Source: the human T2T-CHM13v2.0 reference genome, Homo sapiens. From it: a stretch of DNA of 64,000 nt. The notes under the pieces are model-generated. The model was given only the letters and a program-made list of their open reading frames with translations. It was not told where the DNA came from and searched no databases. The stretch is from the NCBI RefSeq assembly GCF_009914755.1, contig NC_060926.1, one strand, 5' to 3'. The translations under genes were made by a program, and so were the position numbers. Of this stretch, positions 46,411 to 60,715 are shown in pieces. Numbering within the stretch: position 1 is the stretch's first letter; the number at the start of each line of letters is the position of its first letter.

Positions 46411-48944
46411 AAAATATCCTTTCATTATTGAAATTCTGTTTTTTGATTTGCAAATAATTGCTTACATCACTGATGAATGAGTAAAGTTCTGACATATAGC
46501 TTCTTCATTTCTTTTTTATTTCACTGACTAACATAAATATCAAGCAGTCTTCATGCTAAAACTATACTTGTTTATTAGCTGCAAAAATAGGTTGCCTATA
46601 CATGCAAAAGTTTGGCAAAGTTCAAAAAAAGCATTCTTTGAGAAACAATTTGATATACAGAATGTTCAATAAAAAGTTGTAATATTTTATTATTTGTAAA
46701 TTGTGTGTCATATATCCTAATATCAGTAAAATTTATAGTAAATGATATAAGTACACATTTTTTATTTTCCTTGGAGAACCAGTTTATAAAAATATTTACC
46801 TACACATCACTAGGACAGGTAGAGGAGAAAACTTTGAAGTAGATGAAATGAGAGATGAACAAGAAGGACCAAGAGGGTGCAGTAAAAGAGAAACCAAAGA
46901 GTAAAAAGTTTTATAAGAAGTGATAAACAGAGCTATGAACATAAGAGGCCCAGAAAGAGAATGATTGAAACATTGAAAAATTTTAATCAATTTAAAGTTT
47001 ATTAAAGCAACTAGAATTACTCTGAAGAAAAGAGAGACTCTTTAAAAAGTAACTACAGTGAATTCTTCCTCATAAAATTTTAGATGAAAAACCTCATTTT
47101 AGATGAAGGCAGGAGGTGGGAAAGTAAGAATGGGCAGCACTTTTTTGATACCTGTTTCAGAAGTTTGAATTTTAGATATTTCTAAAAGATTGATCTCCTT
47201 TTCTGTAAAACAATATAATTCATTAACAAGTATTGAGTTTTCAAGTAACAACTTCAGATAATCATAAGTTGTATGTTCTAAAACAACAAAACTAGAATCC
47301 TCTTGACAAGATGCACCTGGTAGAAAATGTTTTGTAATGAATCTTTTCATGTTTCTGAAGTCTAATTAGTGCATTGATCCAGTTGATATAAGGTTATTTT
47401 CTAGCACTTTAATTTCCAGCTCTATAGAAATACAGCAGACAAGGTGTTTCCCTCTCCCCCTATGTCTCTGGTGTTTTTGTTATCATGTATATTTTATGTG
47501 TTCCTGTTTTTTCTCTCTGGAAGTTTCTAAGTTCCCAGAAGACTCAAACTGAGTCTGTAATGCTTGCTCTTTGTGCTTATAGTACTCATCATAGTCCTCT
47601 ACTTGGCTTAATAGGTCATTTATAGTTGATTTTTAAAAGACTTGATTCCCCAAAAAGAGTTATATAATCTTCTAAGCAGTTAGTCATAATTTGAAAGGTT
47701 ACATCTCTGTGAATTCTATACTTTACATAAACATTGGATGAAAAAGAAAAAAAAAGGTGAATGGAAAATCTACACATAGCTTCATTTATACAATGTTAAT
47801 TACAGTGAACATGATCTCAGATCTGAAATTATGTATCATCCTATACTTAAATAATTATTATCTACATGCATTTAGTTAAGAGAGAATATTCGATAAAATG
47901 ATATAAAAACAGAGTAAAAGGGTAGGGTCAAAAATTAACTCTAAGTTAATCTTTTTCAGGGAAAATAAAAATACCAGAGAGAGCGAAAAAAATGAGATGA
48001 ATTTTTTAATATTAACTTAGTGCTTTAGAATTTGTCTTAAACTTAAAAACAATGATCACATATAAGAAAGAATTTATCTTTCTCAGGGGCAAATTATTGG
48101 ATAAGAAAATTATCCCTTTGGTTAAGAAGATTTTGCTCTCTGGGATTTACTTTTGTCAATCTTAAAATTGAAGGGAAACATTATTCTTATGATTGAGGAA
48201 ATAAAAACACTAAAAATCCTAATTAGAAAAGTTAGTAAACTTTCAATCTGAAATGAAGTTTCATAAATATTGCCCTCAGGGTTTATTACACCTCAGAGAG
48301 TTTCTTTCTCTTATTTTGAGGCAAGAGTGATGGAGCGCCTGTCTGGTTTTTGTGCAAAGGTATATCCCAAGAGATTTCCAACTAAGCTGGTTAGCAATGT
48401 TATCATACCTTCTCTTTAAAAGGACTATTAATTGAATGTAAACATAACAGAGAATCTCTCAAACATTTTAATGGGTCCCAGTGAGTAAATGCTATTTCTT
48501 TTGGGTGGTTTCACTAATGTGCTCTCATGGTGCATTACATAAAGTCTATGCTGAGTTTCATCATGTTAAACCAAAGCTCTCAAAAAAAAAAAAAAAAAAA
48601 AAAAGGAAAGGAAAGAAAAAAGAAACCATTGACCACTTCAAAAGACAGACTATTCATTAAAAACCATAACAGCATGATCAATATAATTAATTTAAAAATT
48701 GATTATGAAAACAAGCTTTTTTCACCATTTCTTAACATCTAATATAACTAAAACAAATATTTGTTAACATTATCTTTCCAAAAGAAAGAAAAAATAAAAG
48801 TCACAAAGGAGTTGGTTATTGTGTTACTAAAGTTAGAATTAATTATTAGTTATTTTATAGGAAGGGGGTGAATACAAAACATTTTGAAAGGAAGATGATT
48901 TGGCTTCTCCTACCAAGTTAACAGAAAAATACATTACTATTATT

Positions 48945-49178
48945 ACCATTATTATTTTTTGAGACAGAGTCTCACTTTGTTGCCAGGCTGGAGTGCAGTA
49001 GCAGGATCTCAGCTCACTGCAACCTCTGCCTCCTGGGTTCAAGCGATTCTCCTGCCTCAGCCTCTTGAGTAGCTGGGACTACAGGTGCTCACCACCAGGC
49101 TCAGCTAATTTTTGTATTTTTAGTAGAAACGGGATTTCACCATGTTAGCCAGGATGGTCTCGATCTCTTGACCTTGTG
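48945..49178 (-). mobile_element. 5'-truncated Alu (Sc-like)
   Basis: Alu body ends at gaccttgtga. Confidence 0.92.
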
Positions 49179-50086
49179 AAAAAGGTTATTTTTCGCTAAC
49201 TCTAATCCTGATTATGTAATTTACTAATTTGATAATCTAAAAGCAGCACAATATAAAACCACATAGACCCAAAGAGTCATGTCATGTTCATAATTATATA
49301 GGTTGCCAAGTCATGTAGAACTAAGGATAGTAAAGAACAGGGCAAGATATAAGGAAGCAGTCTGAAGTCTTCAAATACAAAGTAATAGACACAGAGCTAA
49401 GGAACAACCTTGCATAAGAGGGAGAGAAAAGGTGAATAAGAGGAACCAGATGCAATCAATGAAATACATTAGTAAAGTGATAATTATGAAGCTGAAATGA
49501 ATCAACAAATGTGAGACTATGAACAACAAAATCGTTTTAACATTTATCTTCAGTAAAAACATGCTACTTGGATTTAATTCTTTTTCATACTTCATTTAAT
49601 TTTTTCTGTTACCTTTCAGGTAACAGAGATCTCTGGAGGTGAAACATTGCTCTGAACTGGCATTGATTCTAGCCCAGCTCTTGTAGACCAATTACCAACT
49701 TGTAAGTAAACATGTTCATGATTCTTCATTCTGACAAGCCCATGCTTCTCAGTCTTCATGTGGAAACTATGCATTTCCAGTTTTTAAGCACCCAATGTTC
49801 AATCCATCAACAAATCCCTTCAGCTCTAACTTCAAAATATACTCAGCATGTCACACCCTCACTATACAAAACGCTACCATACTAGTCTAAGCTCCCATCA
49901 CCTCTCACCTGGATTTATGCAGAAACTCCAAGAAATCTTCCAGCTTCTGCCATTGCTATTCGCCCTTCCACTCTTAAGATTGCACATTGTGAGATTTTAA
50001 AATCACATCCTTATAATGTTCTTCAAATGTCTTATAATCTGGCCTCTACTACATCTCTGATCTACACTTTTTAAAAATAATGTCAT

Positions 50087-50394
50087 TTGTTTTATTTGTT
50101 TGTTTGTTGGAGACAGAGTCTTCCTCTGTCGTCCAGGCTGGAGTGCAGTGGCACAATCTTGGCTCACTGCAACCTCTGCCTCCTGGATTCAAGTAATTCT
50201 CGTGCCTCAGCCTCACAAGTAGCTGGGATTATAGGCATGTATCACCAAGATCAATTAATTTTTTTTTCATTTTCAGTAAAAATGGGGTTTCGCTACGTTG
50301 GCCAGGCTGGTCTTGAACTCCTGGCCTCAAGTGATCGCCCACCTCGGCCTCCCAAAGTACTGGAATTATAGGTGTGAGCCACTTCACCCAGCCT
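50087..50394 (-). mobile_element. Alu (S/J-type) inside an L2 relic spanning ~49760-50860
   Basis: Alu with (TTTG)n tail; flanks carry L2 motifs (ccatcacctctcacctgga, cctggcacacagg). Confidence 0.9.
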
Positions 50395-51789
50395 CTGACC
50401 TTAACTTTTAATCCTCTTCCCATCTTTCATTATTCTCCATCTATTTTGGCCTCTTGGTTTTTCCCAAATGTTATGCATATCCTCACCTTGGGGCATGTGC
50501 CTTCATTACTCTGCCTAAAATACTTTCCCTCCATATATTTGCACGGCCCCCTTCAATTTTCTTTACATCACGGAAGAAACGCCACCTTTATAGGCAGGCT
50601 TTCTCTGACCAATCATTCATTGATAGCATATTTATGTGCTAGTAAGTTCTTCCCCCTCACTCTTGGTATTCCTCTTTTCCATATACCTTCTCCATAGCAC
50701 TTTTCACTTATCTGACCTGCTACATCTTGATATGTTTCTTCAGCAAGGGGTATTGTTTTGTTCACAGGTCCATCTCCCTCCAGTGCCTGGAACTGGACCT
50801 GGCACACAGGTATTTAATAATTATTTGTTTACTGGAATAAAGAATGATTATGTGAATACACGGTTGAAAGGCTAAGCAAATTGGCTGCTTCACTGAATTT
50901 ATTAGGCTACAGATCCAGAGACTGTATGAAGTCTCTGCTGGAGCACATAAAAGGGATGTGACTCAGAGATATATGCTCCCTCAGTAAATTTCAATGGTCC
51001 AAGCCCAGGTTCATTGGAAAATGTGTTTCCATAATATTTCTTCTATACTGGCCTCAGTTTGGAAGCAATGAATAATCTCAGAGTATTCACAAAAGTATTT
51101 TCATTGATGTTTATAGGATTAAAAAAACTTTGTATTATATCTTATTATAACAGCACCTACAGTCTGAAATAGCATAGTATTAATACTTTCTGTAAGAGTT
51201 TAAGTTTTTTGAAGTCATTTTTTGGTTTGAAACTTTAAGTTGATTGATAAGCCCAACTTCTTTCTAGTTATCCTAGAATTTTAAGTCATGATCATTCATA
51301 AAATGAATAGGGAAAATCTTGGTAGCATCAATACAAATTTAAGTCTATATACTGCTAATAAATTTCTTGAGGAGCAGGCCATACATGTTGATGAAATTCT
51401 TAAATCTCTGTAACATGGACACTTTTAAAGGAAACTGTGCATTTGCTTATAGCACTAATTTCAGCAAGCACAAAATTTATATTGACTGGATGTCGTACAC
51501 CTTTGCTTCTTACATAAAATGATATTTGGTGTGTATTTAAAGAAAATCCATGCACTCTTTGTAGTTTGCTGATGTCTTTATTTTCCAATCATTTTGCTTA
51601 ACCCATGAATGTTATAAGAGACCAGTTGAGAAAATCTTGGACACTGAAAGCAAGTCGATGATTTTTCAAAAAATACTAATGCTGAGGGTAAGCCCATGAC
51701 TAGATAAGTCATTAGCATCTGTGCTATCATAACTTCTGTATAAGATTGTTAACAGAATCCTTGAAGAATAAGAAAAGTAGAAGAAGGAA

Positions 51790-52000
51790 GATAGGCACTG
51801 TGCTAGTAAGTTTATAATCATTATCTTATTTGATCCTCTTAGCATCGCTGTGATGTGGATGCTGATATCCCCATTTTACAGATGAGATATCTGAAGAACA
51901 AGATTTTAAATTGTGCACAAGTTCTCACAGGCAGATAAGTCGGCAAATTAGAACATATGTTTATCAGGCTCCAAAGTTTGAACTTTGTATTACTGTATTA
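51790..52000 (-). mobile_element. MIR
   Basis: ccccattttacagatgag core. Confidence 0.75.
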
Positions 52001-53154
52001 CATTGCAGCCCTACTCTGGGCTTGTATTTTTACCTAGATGATACAATACTTGTTCAGACAATACTGCATTATCCCTGACAAATTCCAGAAGTAGTAAGAA
52101 ATTCAGCATATCAGAAAGCATACAGGAGTAGAAGGAGGTACTGTTACAAAACAAGAGACTAAGGCCAAATGTAAAGAACTTTACATGTCAAGTTAAGGAC
52201 TTCAGACTTTACCCTAGAGGCCAAGGATTCTCACATTTTAGTGTGCATGCAAATCCTCTTAAGGGCTTGGGCCCTATCTCCAGAGTTCCTGATGAACTTG
52301 TGACTAGCAAGGAAAACTTTAAGGGTCTCTCAAAGTCTTTAGCTTGAGGGTAAGGTAGATCATGAAGTTACTAATAAAGACTGGAGGAAGCTGTAAACCA
52401 TACTAAAGTTTTGTTTTTGTTTTTGCTTTTCAAAAAAAAAAAAACTTATTAAACTTGGAATGTTTTACAAACAACAGATGGTGATGACCAATGGGGAATT
52501 GTAAGCAGATCTGGGACTCAAGAGTGAGGTTAGAGGTAAAGACATTGATGTTAAGAGTCAATAGCACAGAAATGGCTTTTCAAGCCACAGGCATGCATGA
52601 AACACCTCAGAGCTTCAGAATAAGAAAAGATAACTGAAGATTGAACATGTGGGGAGAAATCATTATTTACAGGATGTGCAGAAAAAATACTCATTAAAGA
52701 AATAGAGAGAGGAACTCAGAACTCTAAGACAAATAAAAGACCAAAGGTAGACTATGGCCTCTGAAACTAAGGAAAGGAAGAATTTTGAGAGAGACTGTAG
52801 TCAACAGTATCAAACAGTTTTCTGAGAGTTAGTGAGTAGATTCCATTTTTGATTAAAAGGACCAGAGTACAGACTCTTTCATTAACTTGTATTCTGGTGG
52901 TTCCATTGATCTGGGAATACGAATTAAGGCTCTAAAATAAGAAGTAGTAGCATGCTTACAGTCTAACATACAGTGATAGGAAATTACTGTTAGTCAAGTG
53001 CCATAGATGTGGAAACTCAAGCTTAGAGAGCTCTAGTGACTTGCCCTTAATCATCATACAGCTATAGCTGAATCAGCATGGAATGGAGTCTTCTGACTTA
53101 CCGACAACCTCTGGTAAGTATTAGGCGTTAAGACAAACCCCAGAACACTAATTA

Positions 53155-53310
<156 letters not shown>

Positions 53311-56300
53311 CTAGAAAGGAATTCACCACCCCACCAGGTAGTTCATTTAGAGTTCATTCAAATATGATATTTAAGCCTTATTTAATAATCAGACTCATGC
53401 AAAGTATTATGAAAAAAGATTAATAGTATGATGGCCATAAAAAATGTATAAACACATATTGAGGTCAAGTAACCTTAAATGTATCTATACTTGATCTTTC
53501 TATCTACACCATCCTGTAAAATAATAAACTTTATTATGTTTATTATACTAACAAGTACGTGGCCAAAATTAGATAAGGTAATATATTGATGTTAACTATC
53601 ACTTTTGGAAAGTATTGACCACATCTTATTTTTTAAATTTTTAATATAAATTTATGGACACTGACAATCATTATTTGAGGACAACCTATACCCTATTTGC
53701 AATATAATACAAGTGTCAAATTACTAATGCCTGATCATTGAAAGCTCAGATCAAATAGTTGGCAAAAAACTTATTGATAGTTAAAATTTTTTAAAAAGAT
53801 AAGTGCAAGATAAAGTCCAAATGTATTTTTTATTATCTCTTGAATTTAAATATATGTAGCAGGATGATATAGATAGAAGTTCTTTGATCAAGACCACAAA
53901 ATCAAATACGGTTTTGAAATCAAAATGCCAATGACCATACCAACACCACCCATTTTGTATATAACATTTTAGTATATAGTAGAAAAGATCAAACAGTATT
54001 ATTTATAATGTCAAGAAAGTGGCTACTAAAGTAAGCACCACATGCAAACTCTGAAACAAAGATCGAAGAAAATTAAACATGGCAGACTTACACATGGAAT
54101 AATGAATTCATTGTCATTATGATCATATAAGTGATCATAACGCAAATAGGTTTTTCTCACCCAGAGCTTTATGAGTAACCATGATGTTTACACATACACA
54201 CACACACACGAAGAAATCTTTACAAAAAATACATACAGCAACTGTAGCAAAACTCTGTCAAATTTCCCAAATATTGTTTTATAAAGGAGTAAAGCAGCAT
54301 ATCAATGGAAGAGTTAATTTTTCATTCTCATTTGCTAAATGACATGTGAATATTGAAAGCTACTAGTTACTACAACACAATTCTCTTATTAAGTTACAAC
54401 TTTATCTTTTTTAGAGTAGTTCAAGCAAGTGCAAGTGCTAAAAATAATAAAATACTTATTTCAGATAAATTGATTCTCAATCTATGAATTTGTATTAATA
54501 TGATAGCCCAATCTAAAGGTTTGACTTTTAGAGATTGACTTGGAAGCTAGAAGTATTCTTGATGGGTACCACATTAAATTCTCAATGCTATTATTATCAC
54601 CTAGTATACAACATCATAAAAATGGCATTGATAAAGTATTGTACATAAGGAATGATGTAAGCAGACAATGTCTTTCTTATAACTGGAGTAAATAATTATG
54701 AACAACCTATTAAGAGAACTCCTCCAATCTATGTTGGCCTAGAGGCATTATTCCCACCAGGTCCAGGAGTTTGATAACAGTTTCAGTTATGAAAGTATCA
54801 GTACAAAATTTCACTCAAAAACATGTTATTTAAACTGATTGAATTCATCTAAATTAGTTTAATTTAAAATAAGATAATAGAAATTAATTATAACTGAATA
54901 TTCTATAAAACTATAGAATAGGCTTTAAAGTATAAACTATAGAATGAGTTTTAAAATATATAAGTTTTAAAATACAGATTAATCCAGGAAACGATGTTGG
55001 ATAAACTTATAATTACTAATATGTATTTTGTGCCAATTGCCACAAAATCCAAAGTACCATATTTAGAAGACTACAGTTTTAATGGCTTCAATTCCTGACC
55101 TCTCGGCTGCACGTGAACTATCACCAGAGAAGTGAAAGACAAGGCCCTATTATTCTGTGAAGTTAAGACCAGGCCCTTCATTTCTGAAAAAAGAATTATT
55201 GGCCTGGGTTTTGAGGTAAAGCAGTGAGAGGAATTGCTGATAGAAAGAATACAAAGCACCCCCCTGCTATTAGACACAATATTAACAATAGGAAATAGTT
55301 ATAATGGTTTTTCTCTGAGCTGGTAACAACTTTTAAATAAAATGATTCTTATTTGCAGAATTCTGACTTTAGCTAAATTCATGAAAGCATCTTCAAACAT
55401 CAATAATTGGTTTTCTCACTGTTTAAGAGAGCATTAACAAAGATTTATGCCAAATTAGATTATGAGCAAGTAAAAATTCACGTGATTTTATATAGTGTAT
55501 CTTGTTGTTGAAACTTTTTTTCATATGCAGGTTTTATGTTTTTTTAATGGTCAATTGAATTCAGCTTGGCACAGAATTTTACATCATAAAGTTATTCAAT
55601 ATTATTGTTCAATGGGACAGAAATTATCAAAATATTTAACATGAACTATTATTAATTAATTTGTATTTACAGACAAATTATTATGGCTAATAGATTCTTA
55701 GACATTCAATGTTTTCTTGGGAATGCATTAAGTATTCAAACAGTAACTATTTCCATACTGTATATAAAATTAAATGTTTATAAGCATGCTTTAGCAATAT
55801 AGACAGTTCTAGTCAATTCAGCCTTTGAAATCTATACTTGCTACAGTATAAGCTTCTTTAGCAGATTTCTAAGAGAATACCTTTATATAGAAAGGCTGAT
55901 ATATATAATAAAGTTTTTTTTTCCTGCGGTGAAATATATTGAATTCTCACAGTAGGCATCACCATATTTAAGTACTTTGAATATATGTTTTTTACTATAC
56001 AAGGAAGATCATATCAATTATTTGTATTATTTTATATGATTAATTTCTATATTATCTTCATTTCTTTAAACTCAATCATCTGTTGTTTAGTTTTCCATGT
56101 AATTTTGGAAATGAAAGAATGACTATATTAGAGAAGTGAAATAAATGCTTTAGTATGAAAGAAATTTCTTTTGCTATTATAAATAGGACCTTCTGTAATT
56201 TTCACATGGATTTGATTTCTAATAAAAGGGAAGTATCAATTTTTTTTATCATTGGCAGTCTAGTTATAAATAAAGTAAATATAAATATAAGCATAGGATC

Positions 56301-56520
56301 AAGAAGGTGGACTCACTAGTATTAGGAATCAGAAGTGTACCATAATTAGCATTCCTGCCTTTTTATTGAATAATATGATATTGACTGTGCCTTCTAAAAG
56401 TGTTTTAAAAATATGAAAGTGATATAGTTGACTCAAACATTTTAAATGTATAATAGTATTTACAGTGCAAAATAAAAGTTCCCTCCACTATCTCCTTGAT
56501 TCAACCCCCTTGAGGTAATC

Positions 56521-56543
56521 GAGAGAGAGAAAAAGAGAGAGAG

Positions 56544-56569
<26 letters not shown>
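56521..56569. repeat. (GA)n microsatellite
   Basis: Interrupted GA dinucleotide run. Confidence 0.9.
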
Positions 56570-56574
<5 letters not shown>

Positions 56575-59500
56575 CTTTCCATATTTTTCAGTGTGCATCC
56601 ATACAACACTATAGCTGTGAAACAATCCTTATCTTGATTGTAAACTTATGTAGCTATTTAAGATGCTCCTTTTCAATTACTGAAAATATGTCCAAATTAA
56701 AAGCTTTATTATTCTTCATGGTTTTCCCTTTGATTGCCTTGAAGCTGTGTTTTCTACTATACTGCTTGAGTAGAAATTGTGTTAAATATATGTATCATAT
56801 TAGAACATGTCCTAAGTTGTTCACTTACAAATTTATCACTGGCATTTCCTAAGATAAACATTAACGATGTAAGCCTATTTCATGCTATCATGGATGATGG
56901 TTAATGCTAGTTAGTTATTTATTGTTCCAAGAGGTGTGAGGTAGGAGTGTCTAATGACTTGATAATCTAACGCTCAAAAGAAGAAACTATCAAACACAGC
57001 AGCACTGTACAAAACACAGAACTCAACAAAAACCTTACTCAAAGAGAATGATTGATGCTGAAAAGAACTGAAAAATGTTACATTTCAAGTACATACTATA
57101 AACTGTTTGCTTCACACAACAAAAAAAAGATATTCTTTAAGGAGCAGAGCCTAGAATGGTTATTTCACCTGAGCCTTAAAATACTCACAAAAGACAGTAA
57201 GAAAGTTGAGAGAAGCAAATCAAAAGGAGGAGATGGGTATAAAAGAGAAGAAAAATTATGGCAGACAGTGGTAAACTAAGCTCCATTATCTGTTAATAAG
57301 CAAGAAAGACATTTTAAAATTAGTTTCAAGTTACTATTATCCATCTTTTAATTTAATTGTGTAGTTTTACGGTCAATATCTATAATTGTGTTCTTGAATC
57401 ATTAAGGAGTAAAATAGTAAATTTCAATTAAAGGATCAAAGGATCCTTTGAGAAGAAATCCACACATAGTTACTATGTGGCATAAGAGTCCAATATTTTC
57501 CAAGTTTCCCATTATGTTACAGGACAACTAGATGTTTAAATACTCTCTTCTGGTGTAGAACCAAAATAACCTTTCTTCTCTCTTGCAATCATTCAGGGCC
57601 TTTATTTTTTTCCTTCTGGAGAAATGTGAACATTATCCTCTTATAGAGTTTTTAAAATTGGAGGTCATTAATATTATTGATATTACTATTAGTGCTTTTC
57701 ATCTTGAGTGTAATCACATTTCTTAACATGATTTAGATTTCTGGGCCCCTTGAGGTCTCTACAATCTTTTTTTTTTGATATGAAATTTCTCAAGATTCTT
57801 TTTAAAAGGTAATGCCTCAAGTTAAAAAATCACTGAAGCTCAGGAATTTCAGGAAAAAAATGGAAATAATTAAAAAATACTCCAGATATTATTGATCAGT
57901 GGAAAACTCAACTGTATTTTCTTCTGTTGTCTAAGTTTTAATGTTACTTCCACTAATTTAGCAGAAAATTGTCAGTTTATTAACTAGTTGCAATAAATTC
58001 TGGGCTCACATTCTAATTATGGGCAACTAAAACTTTAGCTCTTTTTTTAAAAAAAGGGCAAGAAAACCAATTTTTTTTCCTTTCCTATTTTTCTTTGTCT
58101 ATTGCTAGCAGAGAAATATTGTGTAGGCTCTGGGAGGAATAGCTACTTATTCAGCGTGAAACACACAGTTCCATCACAAGGTCAACATGATATATAGTAT
58201 TCTGTTGGTGAAATAATGAGGTCAAATCTCAGCCACCACCAGAGAAATTCAGAGTAAAACCAGTGATTTCACGGAGACCTCTTCTTTTTCTCAGAATCTT
58301 CTACCTACGGCACTTTCTATCCAATAACATGAAAACTTACGTGACTAAATGATAAGATATGAATATAAAGAAATCATATAAAAGCAACAACAGTTGGCCA
58401 TGTAAGAAGGCTAGACTGGCTACAGATTTCTCAGCCAGGTCCTATAGTATCATCTTGAAGCATCTTTCTAATGAAAAGAAGAGAAGCAAAGAGCTAGGAG
58501 TGTAAAGTGGCCATTGATATTCAAGGGCTCTCTCTGTGCTCTGTCACAGAACTGCTACACTGTTTGCAGAGAAAGCAGCTGGAATACAGTGGGTCAAGTC
58601 AGAGTGTCTTAAAGTCTTTAGAAGCAAACATTTAAACAATTTTGCTATTTATGCCAGCTTAAAAAAATGCAACAAGTAGGTAAAGAAGGATTGGAACCTT
58701 AGCAAACATAAAGGTAAAGTGTAGATACGCAGACTCAAGCTTCGTAAATATTATCTATAATTTTGAAACAAACAAGAATGACAAACACAAAGTAAGCTAC
58801 CTAGATATCTGAATCATTTCTGTTAACTACTAATACTACCCACAATGAAGGAGGGCAAGGAAAAGTGAATTTTAATGAATGGAATAATTACTAGCTTTTT
58901 AAACATGTGGATTTCTAATATTGAAAATATAAATAGAAATTTTACATGGATAAAATAACTATATCCTTTATGTAGGCAGCTTTTGCTAAAGTGCCATATT
59001 TCAAGTCATTCTTAACTGAATATTCAGTTTTTTTCTTAAGAGGATGACCATTCATTAACATGTACCTCATCTTTTCTAACAGCTTGGTAAAAAAGTAATA
59101 AGAATTTATGAATTCAAAACATATATATGCATATGTTTATATGTCTATGCATGTATATATATTTCTAGAAATAGCTTTCTCAAAAATTATATGTTTTATC
59201 TATACCTATATAGATAATATTGGGTGTATATGCATCCTTATTTAGGCTCTAGTTGAAGAAAATTCACCATATTCTGGAATAAAATAGTTTTCTATGAGAA
59301 TATTGCCTCTAAATCCCCACCAAATTTGAAATAGAAAAATATATCTTTTACTTAGGCCACCTTTAAAATTATCTTCAAATAAACTGGAACACTAAAATAA
59401 CTAATTTTTCATTTGAAACTGTTAGCAATATTATCTCTAAGGTGTGTCAATTTCAGGATAAAGTTTTGCTTTCATCATTGCACAATAGATAACAATAATA

Positions 59501-60633
59501 CAAACATCTCAACAATGACAGAGAAATTCAAAATATGAACTAGATTATAAAAAGGAGTCAAGATTCTTATTGGCAGAGATTCCTGCCCCCATCCTAGAAC
59601 TATTAAAGTTCAGTCATTCAACAAAGTATGCTAAAATTAAAATATATCTTAGTATGTATTTTAATACATTTTAGAAATATTCAATAAGGCAATACATATT
59701 AATCTGTATCTAATTTCAGTAAAAGTGTTCTATGTGTTATTGATAGATAGGATTTATAATATGCTCTATCTAAACCTCTTAGTTTCTAGAGACTGATCTG
59801 ATTATGTATATAATCAGAAACTTATTCTTATCAATGAGTAATATTACTTCTGGAATAAAATTAAACATTTTGAACACTTATCACTTATTCATTCATAGGC
59901 AAGGCCTATCAACTTTTAACTGATGCATTTTATATAGGAGCAAATAAAATCAAATGTTAATTACTGAGTTGATTTAAAAAAATAAAGTCCCATAACTAAC
60001 AGTGCATAAAACCATTTCAAAATGTATTCAAAGTTTATACTAGAAGCAGGGTACTTTGGCTTTGACCCCAACTTTCTAGATGTGTACTAAGAAAGCATGA
60101 GTCTCAATTTGCTTATCCATAAATACATAACCAGAATTATTAAATACAAAGCTAGAATTACAATGATCTTTTCCTGCTCTGAGATTTTATATTTATGCCA
60201 GAAACACTTCTTCCACAATTTTTTAGAGTTTTGATCTACTTAATTTAAATGTGACAATTTAATGTGATATACATCTCTCCATATTTTTATGTAGATTAAA
60301 TCAGGAAGGGAAGTTGATAGAGGTTTTCAAATTAAATGTAGCTTCAATGGCTACTGTTACATTCTGCATTTTACTTTTATAATCAATTCAATAAAAATCT
60401 ACAGATCATGCACTTGAAATCACTTAAGCACATGAAGGTTACATCAAGAAGTCATCAAGAGAATCACAAAAAAATAATCAAATTGCCCTGGTGACATGCT
60501 GTGATGTCACTTTATCTATTGAACAACTGTATATGTTTCTACTTTCTTGCAGTGGGTCAGGCAGAAAGGTTTTGTAGCTGAACAGCATGCAAGACATTGA
60601 AAAAATATCGTATGTATGATTTTTTTAGGTAAC

Positions 60634-60715
60634 CTGTGTAAAAGTGGTGACATATGTCTCTGCCTGGTTAAAAGCACAGAGCTGCATCCTTGATTGATCC
60701 AGTTTGATATTACCC
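60634..60715 (-). other. Candidate poison (stop-containing) cassette exon upstream of exon 18
   Basis: cctaac-cttcttctcacag|GGG TAA: branch point, polypyrimidine tract, AG and an immediate in-frame stop. Donor uncertain (CAG|gttacc). Confidence 0.55.

Noticed and set aside
48582-48622. Isolated poly(A) run as a retro-insertion
   Set aside because: No convincing TSD or upstream element could be seen.
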